Positions 23,120-36,650 of a stretch of 64,000 nucleotides of DNA are shown here, piece by piece. Numbering within the stretch: the first letter of the stretch is position 1; the number at the start of each line of letters is the position of its first letter. The DNA is from Oopsacas minuta. Lineage: Eukaryota; Animalia; Porifera. Position numbers and translations under genes: made by a program. The stretch is from positions 62,001-126,000 of the forward strand of contig JAKMXF010000295.1 in assembly GCA_024704765.1 (NCBI GenBank). Direction: 5' to 3'. The notes under the pieces are model-generated. The model was not told the DNA's origin. It saw nothing but the letters and a program-made list of their open reading frames with translations, and did not search any database.

Positions 23120-26100
23120 CAGGCACGTAGCTAGAGCAAGACATTCAGGGGGGCAAGAAGTATTTCGGGAGGGCAATTGCAGGGATAAATATTTTTGAAA
23201 AGTTAATTACTTGTGTATAACAAGTACGACCCAGTCTCCTTTTCTTACATGTATAACCTTTTTAATTCATAAAGTACCAGATTATTAGGCTAGGGAGCAT
23301 TAGATTAGTCTACATTATAGTAAGAGCATTTATTAAGATACTAAACTCAATTCAGGGATACTATTTGACATTACAAAAGAAAGCGGCGGTGCTTCATCTG
23401 CTTAAAATGTTCGATCACATCATTATAACAAAGTGTTTCTGCAATATCTTTTTCAATAGATAACAGGGCAAGATGGTTGAGACGCTCAGTGGTCATCTGT
23501 GAGCGCAAACGTGTTTTATTCTCTTAACAGATGAGAACATTCTCTCAACCTTGCAAGACGTCTGAGGGATAGTCACAAGAATTTGGTATAAGTTGAAAAC
23601 ATCAGGGAAAATATCTTTGTCAATCACATCCAGTACATCGATCAAAGTATTTAGCTGAGATTCATCTTTCCGAGCAATAAACGAACGAAAACTTCTATTT
23701 CACAATCTTTGATATCTATTGCATACAGTTCAGATAGTGTATTCAATTCCTGTTTGTTAAGAAAGTTTTGAGACCTTGGTAAGCAGCAATCAGCAGCCTT
23801 CATGATGCCTGATTGATCTGTACCAAAACGGGCATCCAATTCTGCTAAGATCTCGCGGACATTTTGGCGTAACAATATTTCAAGCTCTTCAAAGTTGGAT
23901 GCGTTTGTGTGTCCAACAGAGCTATTTAGATATCCTTCTCTAAACCTTTCTGGAAGACGCCGTTGCCTGATTGTGTCTCTTACATCAAAATTTTCGATTT
24001 CATATTTACCAGACAAATCTTTGGCATATTCGACAACCTTGTCAAAATCGAAATTGACCAACCTTTCCCTCAGATCGGCAAGTAATATCAAACAAGAAGA
24101 AACAGTTGCTGTCGACTTCTGAAAAGCTTTAGTGCAAAAATCAGAGTAATCATACAGCCCACCAAAGTAAACTAAGATGGTCATAAATTTCTTTGTTTGT
24201 AGACTACCTAGTAAAGATTTAGCTGCTAAACTTGTGTCTGCATCATTATCATTTCCAAATATGCTTAAAGTATCAAGTATGCAATCAAACCGACGCAGAA
24301 ACCTTTCCACCTCCAAAGAACGGGAAGACCAACGAGTACTACATGAACGTGCAAGTTCAAGAGCTTGGACGTTGGGATAGCGCTCATCCTGGACGTCTAT
24401 GAAAACTGCATGTCGCTTTGTTCCATTCATGAACGAATACGTCAAATCCAATATATCAAAGAAAGATTTCATCAGAGGATGTCGTTCAGCAGTTGCAGCT
24501 AATACTAAGTTAAGCCTATGTGAAGCACAATGAACATATGTGGCATTGCGATAACCTGCTCCTTTCATGCGGGCTTGGACACCACCGTGTATTCCTGACA
24601 TAACACTAGCCCCGTCGTAACCCTGCCCTACACATTTCAGAGGATCGAGCTCAAAAGGCTTAAGTAGCTCTATCAGTTTTTCAGAGATGGTGCCCACATC
24701 CATGTCCTTCAATTCAATAAAGCCAATAGCTCTTTTTCGGACATTACCTTTATGGATATATCGCAAAGAAGCACCTAACAACTCCTTCTTAGATGCATCT
24801 TTTACTTCGTCAGCTAGAATAACATAACAAGACGCGATTTCTACTTCACTTTTAACATAGTCTAGAAGCACTGAAGCGAGTGATCTAAGCAAATCATTTT
24901 GAATATCTGGACTTAGCATTTTTGCATTTCCTGGAAGACTTTCTATCCTCTTGATCACATTGCTATCATATTTCCTAAAAGTTCTAATATTTCAAGAAAG
25001 TTCCCTTTATTAAGCGACTGATCTGATTCATCATCTCCTCGAAGAGGAATATCTTGTTTGGCACAAAAAGTAATAATGTCAAGAACAGTCATTAAATGTT
25101 TCCGATTGTCATCTATGAATTTCTCATTTCGAAAATTTGGATCCAGTTGCTTATCTACCGTCCCTATTATTTGATGAATTGCCCAGACTTTCTGTGTTTC
25201 AACAGCTGCCATATGACACACAGAACTATCGTGCTTCCTGCACTTGTCGCCAAGTTTCCTCCAGTCACAAAGTCCTTTTGTTGAAAAAGTTGCTTCAGCT
25301 GTTGATCCTCCAAAAAGCCGACACGGTTGGCAAAATATAGCATCGAGTTTTTTGCTATACTCTATCCAGGAGAATTGGGCATACCAATGAGTACTAAAAT
25401 GTCTACCGGCCTCATTTTTTGGGAAGATAATAGAAGGCTGCCTCGGTTTCTCACCATTTTTGGACAAATCATTTACAGTCACAATTGGTGATTGTATATG
25501 AGTCGTGTTTAAACTTGGAGTTGAAATAGTTGTACAAGAATCGGAAGTTAAAGGGGTCGAAACTTGAAGACTCGTAACAACAGGCTCTACCTCCTCATAA
25601 TTTGAAGAGACGACATGATCTTCGATTTCTATTCGATTTCTTTTAAAATATGCCTGAACTTTGCTTTGTTGTAGTCTTTTTGTCATCTAGAATTGTTAGA
25701 GATACGAGTCACTGAACTGATTGATGAACAGAAAATGTGAAAGATATGATGATATAGAATGACTTTATAACTTATAGAGAATATCTGAAATTGGCTTCAC
25801 TCATGTGTAAATTTCAAAACAAGCTTTGAAAACTGAAACCCTAAGAGCATCACCAATGCTTCAATTACTTCAATGGACAGTCTAACTTCTGACAACAATT
25901 ACTAGCGGTCGTGGTAATTCAATTAAAATTATAGTAGAAATTCAGTGCCTGTCAAAATAGAACAAGTTTACTATCAATGAGCGTTACTTCCTGCCTAGTA
26001 TTAAAACCATCATCGCAACGCGAGTTATTTATTTCATAGTTTTGACGATGCAGTTGAAGTACATAGGCTATTAATCACAGTGGAGTTCGCTTATTAGCAA

Positions 26101-26315
26101 CTCGGATTTTGCAGAGATTTGGTTGCTAATAGGGCAACGAAATTAACATTATAATCCCGTTTGGGACCCGAAAGCTGGTTGCTAATAGAGCAATATTACT
26201 AATAAGCTAACTATATTGTATATAAAAACGAAAACTTCCAAATTTATCTGGGTGGGCGAGAAAAACTTTTGGGGGGGCGACCGCCCCCCCTTGCCCCCCC
26301 GTAGCTACGTGCCTG
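23120..26315 (-). mobile_element. Full-length hAT transposon (ZMYM1-like type), very well preserved
   Basis: TIR CAGGCACGTAGCTA / TAGCTACGTGCCTG (perfect 14 bp). Perfect TSD CTCTGTAT (23112-23119, 26316-26323). Confidence 0.96.
23371..25686 (-). CDS. hAT transposase of about 770 aa, interrupted only by three 1-nt homopolymer deletions
   Basis: WIEYS..LDAIFCQPCRLF, LRGDDE, LADEVKD, GYDGASVM, HCASHRLNL, TRWSSR, SCKVERMFS. Frameshifts at 24971-73, 23679-81 and 23514-17. No internal stop once they are repaired; stop at 23371-23373. Confidence 0.88.
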
Positions 26316-28611
26316 CTCTGTATTCACCATATTCTTGTATTATTCGGATATCGATTATTGGTGAATTCAACTCTGGCTTTCTAAGGGACTAATTACCTGT
26401 CATGCTTGTTTCCAATAAGCTTGTCGCTTCCTAGCACATAGTACATACACAGATTGTATGCCAATATTCGATTATAGTAGTGTTAAGTACTTAATGTTGT
26501 GATGACGTAGCACATAATTGACAGTAACTATATTTGAAAATACTTAATTAATTTAGTAGATATATTTCAAGATGTATACCAACTATTAGAACCTGTAAAA
26601 TAGATAAAGAGCAGGTTAGAAAAATGTGGACAAGTTACGTTGATGAAGTTATGTTGAGGATGGGGGCCACCTATTCGAAACCTATAAATTCGAATACATA
26701 GATTGATTGATAATCATTTGGCTAACAATACAGGAATGAAGTACACATCGTATGAATCACCAAAGATTTATCATTGAATTAAAGAGAACCTGAGATAAAT
26801 AGCGAAAATATAGAGATAATTGAAATGAGAATTCCTAAAGCACACAAATGATGGAGTCTGATTTAGTTTTCGAAAAAAATAAAAGATCGCCGCTATAGCA
26901 ATATCTCTTGTTTATGTTATATTTAGGCCTCAATAAATTGTGGGACAGTTTAATAAGCTCCTTTTATCCAATTCTAATATGTATAAATTTTAGAAGTAAG
27001 TATACAACCTAACATAAATGAATTATTGGCCACTTTCGCCGCGAATGCATTAGTTTCTTTTATATTTGTATATACTAATAGGTAACCGAAAATTGTCTAT
27101 GAATAGTGCAATTACTGAATATTAGAGACTTTCGCGAAATCTAAAGTGACCTCTAATATTCAGAGTTACACTTTAGATTTTTCACAAAATCGCCGTCCCG
27201 CGTCTCCCGATCCCTTGAGGTAATTCACAAATATTATTATCCCTCCAAAATTGCAGATATCACTGTTCACTCATATTATGTGGAATTTTGTACCCAAAAA
27301 CATATAATATACCAGTATGTTGATATTTGTAGTTATGTGGGTAAATATATAGTTCTTTGTTTTAATTGTACATTGTCTCTTTGAAAGCATAATAAACAAA
27401 TATAGATATATGACAGGTAATAGGAATAGAATCTCACAAATATGGCTTTCAGTAAAAACTTAAACTATTTATTAAACGAATCCTAATTTAATAGTTTCAT
27501 GGAATCAATGCCAAAGCATCTTGAATGCATTATTAAATTTAGTTAAGAAATATATTGCTTTAATACTAAATGATTATTATTCTCCATCACTATGTGTTAA
27601 TTACCATGAGTTAATTTGGTATAAATTTAAATTCTATTCACCGACAATGTAAATTATAATATCAATTTCTTCGTAATTAGATTATTCCTACACATTTGTT
27701 CCGAAAATGGCATCTCACCTTGAATTCCTTGTGAGGTAGCTGAAATATGAGATGATTATCGCTTAGATAAACATTAGTGCTTCTGTCGCTTTTGTTTCGG
27801 ACTCATTTCTGGAACTGTTACTATAACTAAGAGGCAGCCGCAATCCTCGCTTGTAGTCCAGCGGGCAAATTGGTTCCACAGCATAGATTTTCGCTAGAGT
27901 TGACCCCTATTTTGAAACCCAAAACAGTGTGTAATTGCTATAGAAGAAGGCCTGTCCGCCCTGACTCTGGCCAGATATCCAAACATAAGTTGGTCAAATT
28001 ACGAATCTCAATCAATGATTGATAGGCAGTTCAGCGATACAGGTCAAACAGCCTCATGTAATATAGCGTCGAAATAAGATGTCAAGTATGTCAAATAGCC
28101 ACATCACTCTAATTGCGATCCACTCTATATAATATAGGACGACTACTTGAACAAAGTCCTTCCATGTCTATGTGTAGTAAGTGTGTAAAATTCATTGATA
28201 GTATGATAAGAATTCATGCAAAATGAATTTGAAAAACCTCGGGTCTGCTCCTTCGCTTATCATTAGCTCCAAAACGTATTAATCAGAACTACACCCAGCA
28301 TTTAGTTTTATAGTATTTTTAAGGTTGAAATTTATTTATAGGAATTCCAGTTGGGTGAACAAAAGTATGATTTCAAAAGGCCCGAAAATTATATAATTTG
28401 GTGAGTCTTTGAGATAGTACAGCATTCATGTAATTTGATTCAGATTAAAATCAATTGTAGATTGGATACATCTACATATTTCTGATCATTCTCAATATAT
28501 TTATTGAGAAGATTTAAATATGGAATTTTCCCTAACTGGAGGCGATTAACCCACTGTGTGCATCAAAAGTTTTTGAACCTCAATGGATATTATTTAATAG
28601 TAAATAATCTA

Positions 28612-29909
28612 CAGGGTTAGGCATAAGTTCTGCAACAAGTATAAACTAGTATATTTCTTATTTTACCATAATAGTAGTTGAAATTCGTAATGAATTAGGA
28701 ATATCATAGTAAGGATACGAAATTAATCCAGCTCTTCGAATGTATTGCCCTTTGCTGCGATACATAGGCTCAATCGCTTATAGAAATTATCGACAGCAGC
28801 ACGCAACACGTCTTCACTGATTAAATCCTACTCTCTTTTCAAGGAAGACTTCAGACTTTCGACATTCTTGTGAGGCTTTGCACATACCCTGGACTGTAAG
28901 ATGGACCATATACAGAAATCCATAGGGTTTAGATCTGCAGAAGAGGCCGGCCATTCTTCAGTTGATATAAATTCCGGTACATTGAGTTTCAACCACTCAG
29001 ATGTCATTTTGGCTTTGTGGCAGGGAGCGGAATCTTGCTGGGACACCCAATGCGCGCTATTGAAGTGCTTACCAGCACAAGGCTTCAATGCGTTCTCTAA
29101 AATGCTCTTTGCATACATCTCTTTGTTAATTTTCACCCCTTTGTCAATGACCACCAGAGGTGTCCGACGATCAGAGGTAATAGCTCCCCAAACCATGACA
29201 GATGCAGGTTTCTGAGTTCTTTCGATTGTGCGTATTGATGACGATATAGACTTTTGATCTGGAGCAAGAATTCGACTGCTTTGGCGATTATATGCTATTT
29301 CTACGGTAAAAATCTTCTCATCGGAGAAGACAATACTCTGGTGCGTGCCACCAGTGAACCTTTTTCCCAGAATCAGACATTTTTCATACCTACGCCTCTT
29401 ATTCACCTCAGAAAGTAACTGTAGCTCTCGAAATTTGTAGCATTTCAAGCCTAAATCCTCTTTTACTATCCTCCCCATACTTCTGGTTGAAATATTGAAG
29501 TCTTTTGCCATGCCTTGGATGCTTCTGACAGGATTCTTCCTGACCCTCTCCCGGACGAGCTTCCTAACAGCAGGAGTACAAACAGACGAGGTCTACCTTT
29601 TCTGAACCTGTCCTGGGTACTGCCAGTCTCCTTGTAACGCTTGATGGTACGGTAGACTATCTACCTGTTTATGGACAGTATTTTTGATATTACGGGAGCT
29701 GACTTGTCTTCATTATGATACAAGATTATTAATGACCGGTTTGCTTCTTTGTCCATAAATCAAAAAAAATTTCTAGTAGGACTCAATACTCTAAATATTG
29801 TTTAAAAAGATATTGAAGATAATATATGATAAATGAATATTCACCTAAAGCCATTCGCAGCACCTCTAGCTTAATTTAAAATTTGTTGCAAAACTTATGC
29901 CTAACCCTG
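28612..29909 (-). mobile_element. maT (DD37D) Tc1/mariner transposon, decayed
   Basis: TIR CAGGGTTAGGCATAAGTT(C/T)TGCAACAA at both ends, TA TSD. Transposase starts at 29756 (MDKEANRS..) with FSDEK / QQDSAP / DLNPMDF; 37 residues counted between D2 and D3. Two premature TAGs and one frameshift. Confidence 0.93.
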
Positions 29910-30248
29910 TATAATTGTATAAAATTAAATTGAAAATGTTGTAAAGCTGTCTATTCCTTCGTAAAGAAAGCATTATGTTGATTTAAAGTTATCTCGTATA
30001 TTGTTAGTAATCATGGTTCCATTATAATCCAAAATTGGAAGTTCGAATAGGTTATTGCTCTTATTCAATTAGTGTTTTAGCTCGTCATTGTTCTAACGAA
30101 TTACTTGGTATATATCTACTAAAAGTTTCTTCTAAAGGCGGAATTATTTTTTGCCCACTCAATGTGAAGCCACGTAATTTTGGCCTACTTTTGGGGAAAT
30201 TAGTTAAAAATTATTAAAGTCCTATTTCTCAATTCTCTACGCGAACTA

Positions 30249-31878
30249 CACTGCTCAACAGTTTTTTTTTCATTTTTTGTTGCATGAGATTTTTTAACTG
30301 ATTCCTTATAATTTTGGGATGCTGATTTCAAATCTACAATTAGTTTCTTTCTGCATACTCTAGTTTTCATGCAATCGACAATTTAAATTTTTCGTTTGTG
30401 GTACTTCTTTACTACATAAATCTGATCTCCACCAAATACTTTTTATCTATCAAGCCATTTTTCTTTTGTATGCATCATCTGGACCCATTATGACATTTGT
30501 TAGTCATAGCCGAATGATGAACACGTGGTAAATGAGTATTTTGCAGGCCTGATTACTCAACAGGTTTTCAAAGTTAAGGCTATTTGTTTGTGCTTTGTCT
30601 ATAACATGGTACCAGCGTCTCAGATAGAAGCTTTCAACTTGTAGCCGATTGCTGTTTAAGCGCATTTCAAGAAGTTCGCAATGAGTTGGGCATTTTAGCC
30701 CGAAGCTTCCTGTTGAAAGCCCCACATTCTCAAGTTTTATCACCATACTGCATTCCTGTTTTATTGTCCACCTGCGTTAACGCCTGTTGACCATTTCGTT
30801 TTACATTCGCAGTTAGTCACTCCACGAGATACAAGAAATAGTACAAAGTTAGAAAACTTGATTGTAGTGAAGTATTGTGGATAGATGCAGCAGAATATGC
30901 ATTTAAGCTTTATTTTTCTGCTCGTCTGCTGGTAGCCTTAATTAGATGCAAGGTTTTGTTACTCAGTTTTTTTGTGTTAAGTTACATTGACATCAAAGGA
31001 CTTTCTTTCGATTCTTAATTCTTCAGATTTGATCATGGCTTCTTCTAGTAGACATAAATGTAAAATACCCTAGTTCATTTTGTTACATTTGTGGTGTGGA
31101 CACACTTTTGCGTTAAAGACGAAATATAACATAGTTTGTGAAGCGTCCCTACATAGCATACTTTGGTATCCCTCTTGGTGATCATGATAAGAAATGGTCT
31201 CTTCATAATGTGTATCATAGCTGCAAAGAAATGCTCCGAGACTGGACAAAAGGAAAGCGGAAGGGTCAGCCTTTTGCCATTCCAATGGCGTGGCGTGAAC
31301 CCCAAGACCAGACGACTGACTGCTACTTTTGCATGGCCAATACAAAGGTGTTGGCAAGAAGAGCCGACAAACGCTTTCTTATCATAGTATACCATCAGCT
31401 ATACGACCTGTCCCGCATTCTGATAGACTTCCTCCTCCGTTCTTTAGTGGTTTTGCTTTTCCTGATGATGAAGGAACTGAATTGGAAAAGGGAAGATATC
31501 GTAGAAATGGAATATCAAAAAAAGGACACAAAATCTGAATCTAAAGATTCTTCCTGTGAAACCAGAGTAACTGTACAGCAGTTTAATCAATCAGAACTGA
31601 ATGACTTAGTACGTGATTTAGATCTATCCAAGCAAGCAGCTGAGCTCTTAACCTCCAGACTCAAAGAAAAACAGTTGCAAGATCGATCTGTAATGGTTTC
31701 CTTTTTTCGAAAAAGAGAAGAACTCCTTCTACCTTATTTTTCAGTGGAAAATAAGCTGGTATATTGCGACGATATTCCAGGTCCTCTCGGACAACTGGAT
31801 ATCTCCTCATATGATCCAGGAGAATGACGATTGTTTTTGGACAGTTCCAAGGGCAGCCTCAAGTATGTTCTTTTACAC
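30249..31878 (+). mobile_element. Chapaev3-like (CMC group) transposon, 3'-truncated by a hAT end
   Basis: Starts CACTGCTCAACAG. ORF relic from 31035 (MASSSRHKCK) with YFGIPLGD.DKKW, MAWREPQ....DCYFC, NQSELNDLVRDLDLSK, LFLDSSKGSLKYVLLH. Family assignment from recalled motifs. Confidence 0.75.
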
Positions 31879-32123
31879 CAGGGGTCTACAACCTTTTTCT
31901 TCTATGAGCCAAATGTTAGTTTCGTATTAGATTGGCGAGTCGCATTAAAAGTTAAAGATCATGTATTCTATATATTAATATAGTACTGTATTATTATGAG
32001 TAATTTATCAGAGTAAAATATTAATGTGAAGGTTGATACTGTTTTTGTTGTTATATTAAGATGCCATCTATATTAGGTTTCATATCAGTCGATGAAATAC
32101 GAAGAACGTCTTGGAGGTGGTCA
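31879..32123 (-). mobile_element. Inverted near-identical copy of the 3' terminal 244 bp of the downstream Buster element
   Basis: Reverse complement of 34631-34874, including the TIR and the last ~100 nt of transposase CDS, with only a few differences. Confidence 0.92.
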
Positions 32124-32566
32124 CCGGTTGGGTCGCTGTGCGACAGCTTAGGGGCCTCAGGTTAGCTTAAGCATCAATATTCTTTGAAATCGATCGACAA
32201 TTCCATTTGAATGATTGGCGCTGGTGATGGACATCTTGTAGTCAAACCTCGAAAAAATGAAGTATGGGTACTATTTCATAATCATTTACCAGATGCACCC
32301 TGATAATTATAAAGACAAAATAAAGATATGTATATATAATAAGTTAAAAGATAATTCACAGATTAGCAATAAACTACATACATAAGATAAATACAGTCAA
32401 ACCTGTCTTAAGAGATCACGAAGGGTAGCCAAAGGGTATATAGAGGTGGCAAAAACAAAAGTAACAAATATATTAATGTAATAATTAAACATCAATATAA
32501 AAATTACATTTGTGAAGAAGGTTATAGAAGTATTCTGATCAGTCAGTAAACATCTTTGGTCTAATT

Positions 32567-34874
32567 CAGGGGTCTTAAACCTGCGGCTCGCGATCATAAA
32601 GCGTGCGTCTCGTGGGATAATTCTTGTTTTTGTTTATTTTGTCTTCACTTTGTTAATTTTGAAATTTGTTGTATTTTATTCAACAGATATTGTGAATATA
32701 CTTAAGTATTAGCACATTTTGTTTCTCAATTCTGGAAACCTTGGTGGTGTTTAAACTGTATGGAAGACCTTTGATGTCTTCAGTAATTAATTTAAGTCTT
32801 CAGTCAATATTCAAATACTTACAAAAGTATAAATCAGAAGTATTTGACAATATACAATTTCATTTTCGGATTTCAAATACTCTCCAAATACACATTTTTT
32901 ATTATTCATTAATTATTTACGTATCCACTATGGCTACTTCTATGTCGAAAAAGCGGAAGATACAAGAAGAAAATCGGTCATTTAAGATAGAATGAGAAAT
33001 AAAGTATTTTTTCGCGGAGGACAGTGGCAAGTTCATTTACCTAATATGCCGTGAAACAATAGCTTCCGCTAAAAACGGAAACTTTGAAAGGCATTACAAT
33101 ACCAAACACCAATCAAATTTTGTGGGAATTCTTTGGGAATCACGAAAGACTAAACTAGACAATCTTAAAAGAAACTTGAAGAGTGAACAATCAATCATTT
33201 CAAAAAATGATAATTCGGTTAAGTCTATCACAGCAGTTAGCTTTGCTATCAGTAATATAATCGCGAAACGCATGAAACCATTTACGGATGGTGAGTTTAT
33301 AAAGGAATGCCTAAATGAATTCGCTGATCAATGTTGTCCAGACAAAAAACAACTAATACAGCAGGTATCCTTGAGCGCTACGACAGTAATGCGTCGAGTG
33401 GAATCAATTTCAAAAAAATATTCATACACAACTATTGGAAAGACAAGTTGTTTTAGTTTCTGTAGCTTCGCACTTGATGGAAGTAAGATGTTTGTGATGT
33501 TGAGCAATTGGCAATCTGGATAGGAGGCGTTGATGAAAACTTCAACATTACCGAGGAATTACTGTCTCTGCGTTCTATGCATGGAAGAACTCGTGGCATT
33601 GATATTTTCGAAGAGTATCTTAAGATTGTGTCGGAAAAACAATATTCCTTCCTTAAAGTTATCTGGAATTTCAACAAATGGAGCTTCATCAATGCTTGGT
33701 ACAGGTACAGCGTTTAAAGGTCAAGTTCTACGATGGTTGACAGAAAATAATGTGACAGAAATATCATGGTGTCACTGTATTATTCATCAAGAGGCCCTAT
33801 GTGCGAAAACACTTGGACTGGAAAATGTTATGAAGTTGATAGTAGACGTTGTGAATTTTATCAGATCAAAGGAGTGAATCATAGAGAATTTAAAGAATTT
33901 TTGAAAGATCTCGATTCAGATTACGGAGATGTATTATATTTTACAAGTGTTAGGTGGCTGAGTGAGGAGTAGTAGTTCTTAAAAGAGTTTGGGAATTACA
34001 AGATGAAATATCAAGTTTCTTAGCCTCAAAGGGCAAGAAAGTTCCTGAATTCGAAGATACAAATTGGATTAGCGACTTTGCCTTCCTTGTAGATATGACT
34101 ACACACCTAAATATTCTAAATTCCACACTTCAGGGAAAGAACAAGTTGATTCATAAACTATATGCCACAATTCGAAGTTTTAAGATGAAGCTCGCTCTAT
34201 TTAAGTTACAGCTTAAAAATAACAATTTTTCTCACTTTCCAGCACTAAAGTCACAAGATAGTGCCGATGGAAACAAATATGCCGAAATTAATTCAAATCT
34301 CCAAGAAAACTTTGATACTCGATTTGGAGATTTTAGAAATCAACAACAAAGCTTCAAGATTTTTGCACAGCCTTTCAGTTTTGAACTGCAATATGCTCCA
34401 CAGGAGCTTCAACTTGAACTCATAGACCTGCAGTCTAGCATAGATCTCAAGGCAGACTTCAAGGATGTTGGAGTAATTAGTTTCTATAAAACTCTTCCTT
34501 CAGATATCTATCCTGCTATTTTACAACACGCAAGAAGGATAGCTAGTTTATTTGGAAGCACTTACACTTGCGAGGTATTTTTCTCCAAAATGAAATATAT
34601 CAAGAACAAATATAGAACTAATTTGACTGATGACCACCTCCAAGACGTTCTTCGTATTTCATCGACTGATATGAAACCTAATATAGATGGCATCTTAATA
34701 CAACAACAAAAACAGTATCAACCTTCACATTAATATTTACTCTGATAAATTACTCATAATAATACAGTACTATATTAATATATAGAATACATGATCTTTA
34801 ACTTTTAATGCGGCTCGCCAATCTAATACGAAACTAATATTTGGCTCATAGAAGAAAAAGGTTGTAGACCCCTG
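32567..34874 (+). mobile_element. Buster/Charlie hAT (GTF2IRD2/EPM2AIP1-like transposase), decayed
   Basis: Ends CAGGGGTCTTAAAC / GTTGTAGACCCCTG. Relic CDS 32930-34733 with MSKKRK, C.IC, RHY.TKH, FALDGS, HCIIHQEALC, VRWLS, FGSTYTCEVFFSKMK. The flanking 8-mers do not form a TSD. Confidence 0.9.
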
Positions 34875-36650
34875 ATTTAAAGTATACTAACTAAGTTGTC
34901 TAAATTATCAGTGCATACCCATGCCAAATTCAATGATTTCGACTACTTTGGATTAATTGTTTTCTCCATACCATCCACAATACTTTATTGAATGCTCCTT
35001 TGATTTTCGATTGTGTTTTTGTCTGTAAGGTTATCATGTTAGGTACATTTCGACCGAAAGGCTTAAGACCTTGTTTGGAATAATTTTATGACATTGTGGA
35101 AATGTGAGAAGAGCCAAGTCAATTTGGAAAATGAATTCGGATATGCTAGGAACTCAAAGAATATTATCTGCGGTATGTAGCTATCTCCTTTATTATATTT
35201 ATATATATATTATAATTTTAGCAACTATATACTTAGTACTACAGTACAAAAACGGTTAAATTCCTATGTTAAGCAAATTATATGATCACATTTGGAGTTT
35301 ACCCTCTTGCTGAAAAGGAACACTATAACTTACCACATCTTGTTAACGAATTCACGCCCCAAAAAGAGATTTTAGCACCTTTTTTTATGTCATAAAATCA
35401 CACACTTCAAGGCTGTATTCGGTTAATACAAAATTCAGAGCCGAATTCTCTCATATGTTTTGCAAAGAACTTTAATATGATATCGGCCCCTGCCCGATCA
35501 TTAACTAAAGCCCGCTAATTGGGACTTTTGCTGTTAGATTCCCCTAGAATTTTGCCATAATCATACTTTCATTGTGTTATACATATATTCAAATGAGATA
35601 GATCAATTCTGATTGTATAATACATTTTAAGATTCTGTATTACCCCAGCATGAATATTTTGGAAGGTCTAGAGAATATATTGTTGACTTATTAGCATTTT
35701 ATTTATATGCAATAAGTAACATTTATAGAGAATGTGTCTGCCTCTTCGGATGTAAACACAAATGTCGTAACAATAGACTGCATTTCAAAATATTCATATA
35801 GAATCAACTCCGCTGTATCAGGACACCCGTTTCAACCCTTTTGTCCCGATTAAACAGACTTTCCAATTCACCAGAGATTTTCTAATAGTATTACTAAAAG
35901 AGCAGATATGGGGTCAAGTAACAATGTATTTGTATTCGAGAGTATTGAAATACTTTTTCAAGTATTTGTATTGTATTTGTATTTTAACTTTCCCTAAATT
36001 TAATGAACGTTTTTGTATGTATATGTTAATACTTTCAAATGTATTTAAATTATTACAAAGCGTTATGAATACAATCAACCATTTATTATAACGTGTTAGC
36101 ACTAAAACATTGGAAAAATTTCTTGCTGTTTGAGCACGTAACAATTCTCAACAGGGTATTGTATAATCGATCATATTTGTTTAAATTCATTTTAATTTAG
36201 CTAGTATTCAATGGATCGCTGCTAATGGGCCATTGTCTGCAGATTTTCGGATATTGTCTTGACACTTGAAATAGCCTTTGGACAATTGAAATTCCACTTA
36301 CCTGATTGATTTCCGAATCCTTTGCTTCAACATCCTGAAGGATTTAGGTTTCCCACTCACCTTCATGAACTTTGGATTTCAAATAACCGGAGAAATCCTT
36401 ATGAAACTTTTCTAAGAAAGGAATTAGATACTTTTTGCACATTGATTTTGGTAAATTTTGCCAGTAATTGAAAATTCCGAGGGCAAAAGTATGGCTCCGA
36501 TATACCTTCTTTCGAAATTGCTAACCAAATTAGAAGTTTATGTGGGTCCTTGGATTTACGAATATCTGATTCTAGGATTCAGAAACTTGGCTGAGAGAGA
36601 TTCTGAAATGTAATAACCCTTATTGACATTGATATTCTCATCCTTTAGTA

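Noticed and set aside
27137-27180. 18-bp stem-loop AAATCTAAAGTG...CACTTTAGATTT
   Set aside because: AT-rich and isolated, most likely a MITE remnant. No support for a terminator or ncRNA.
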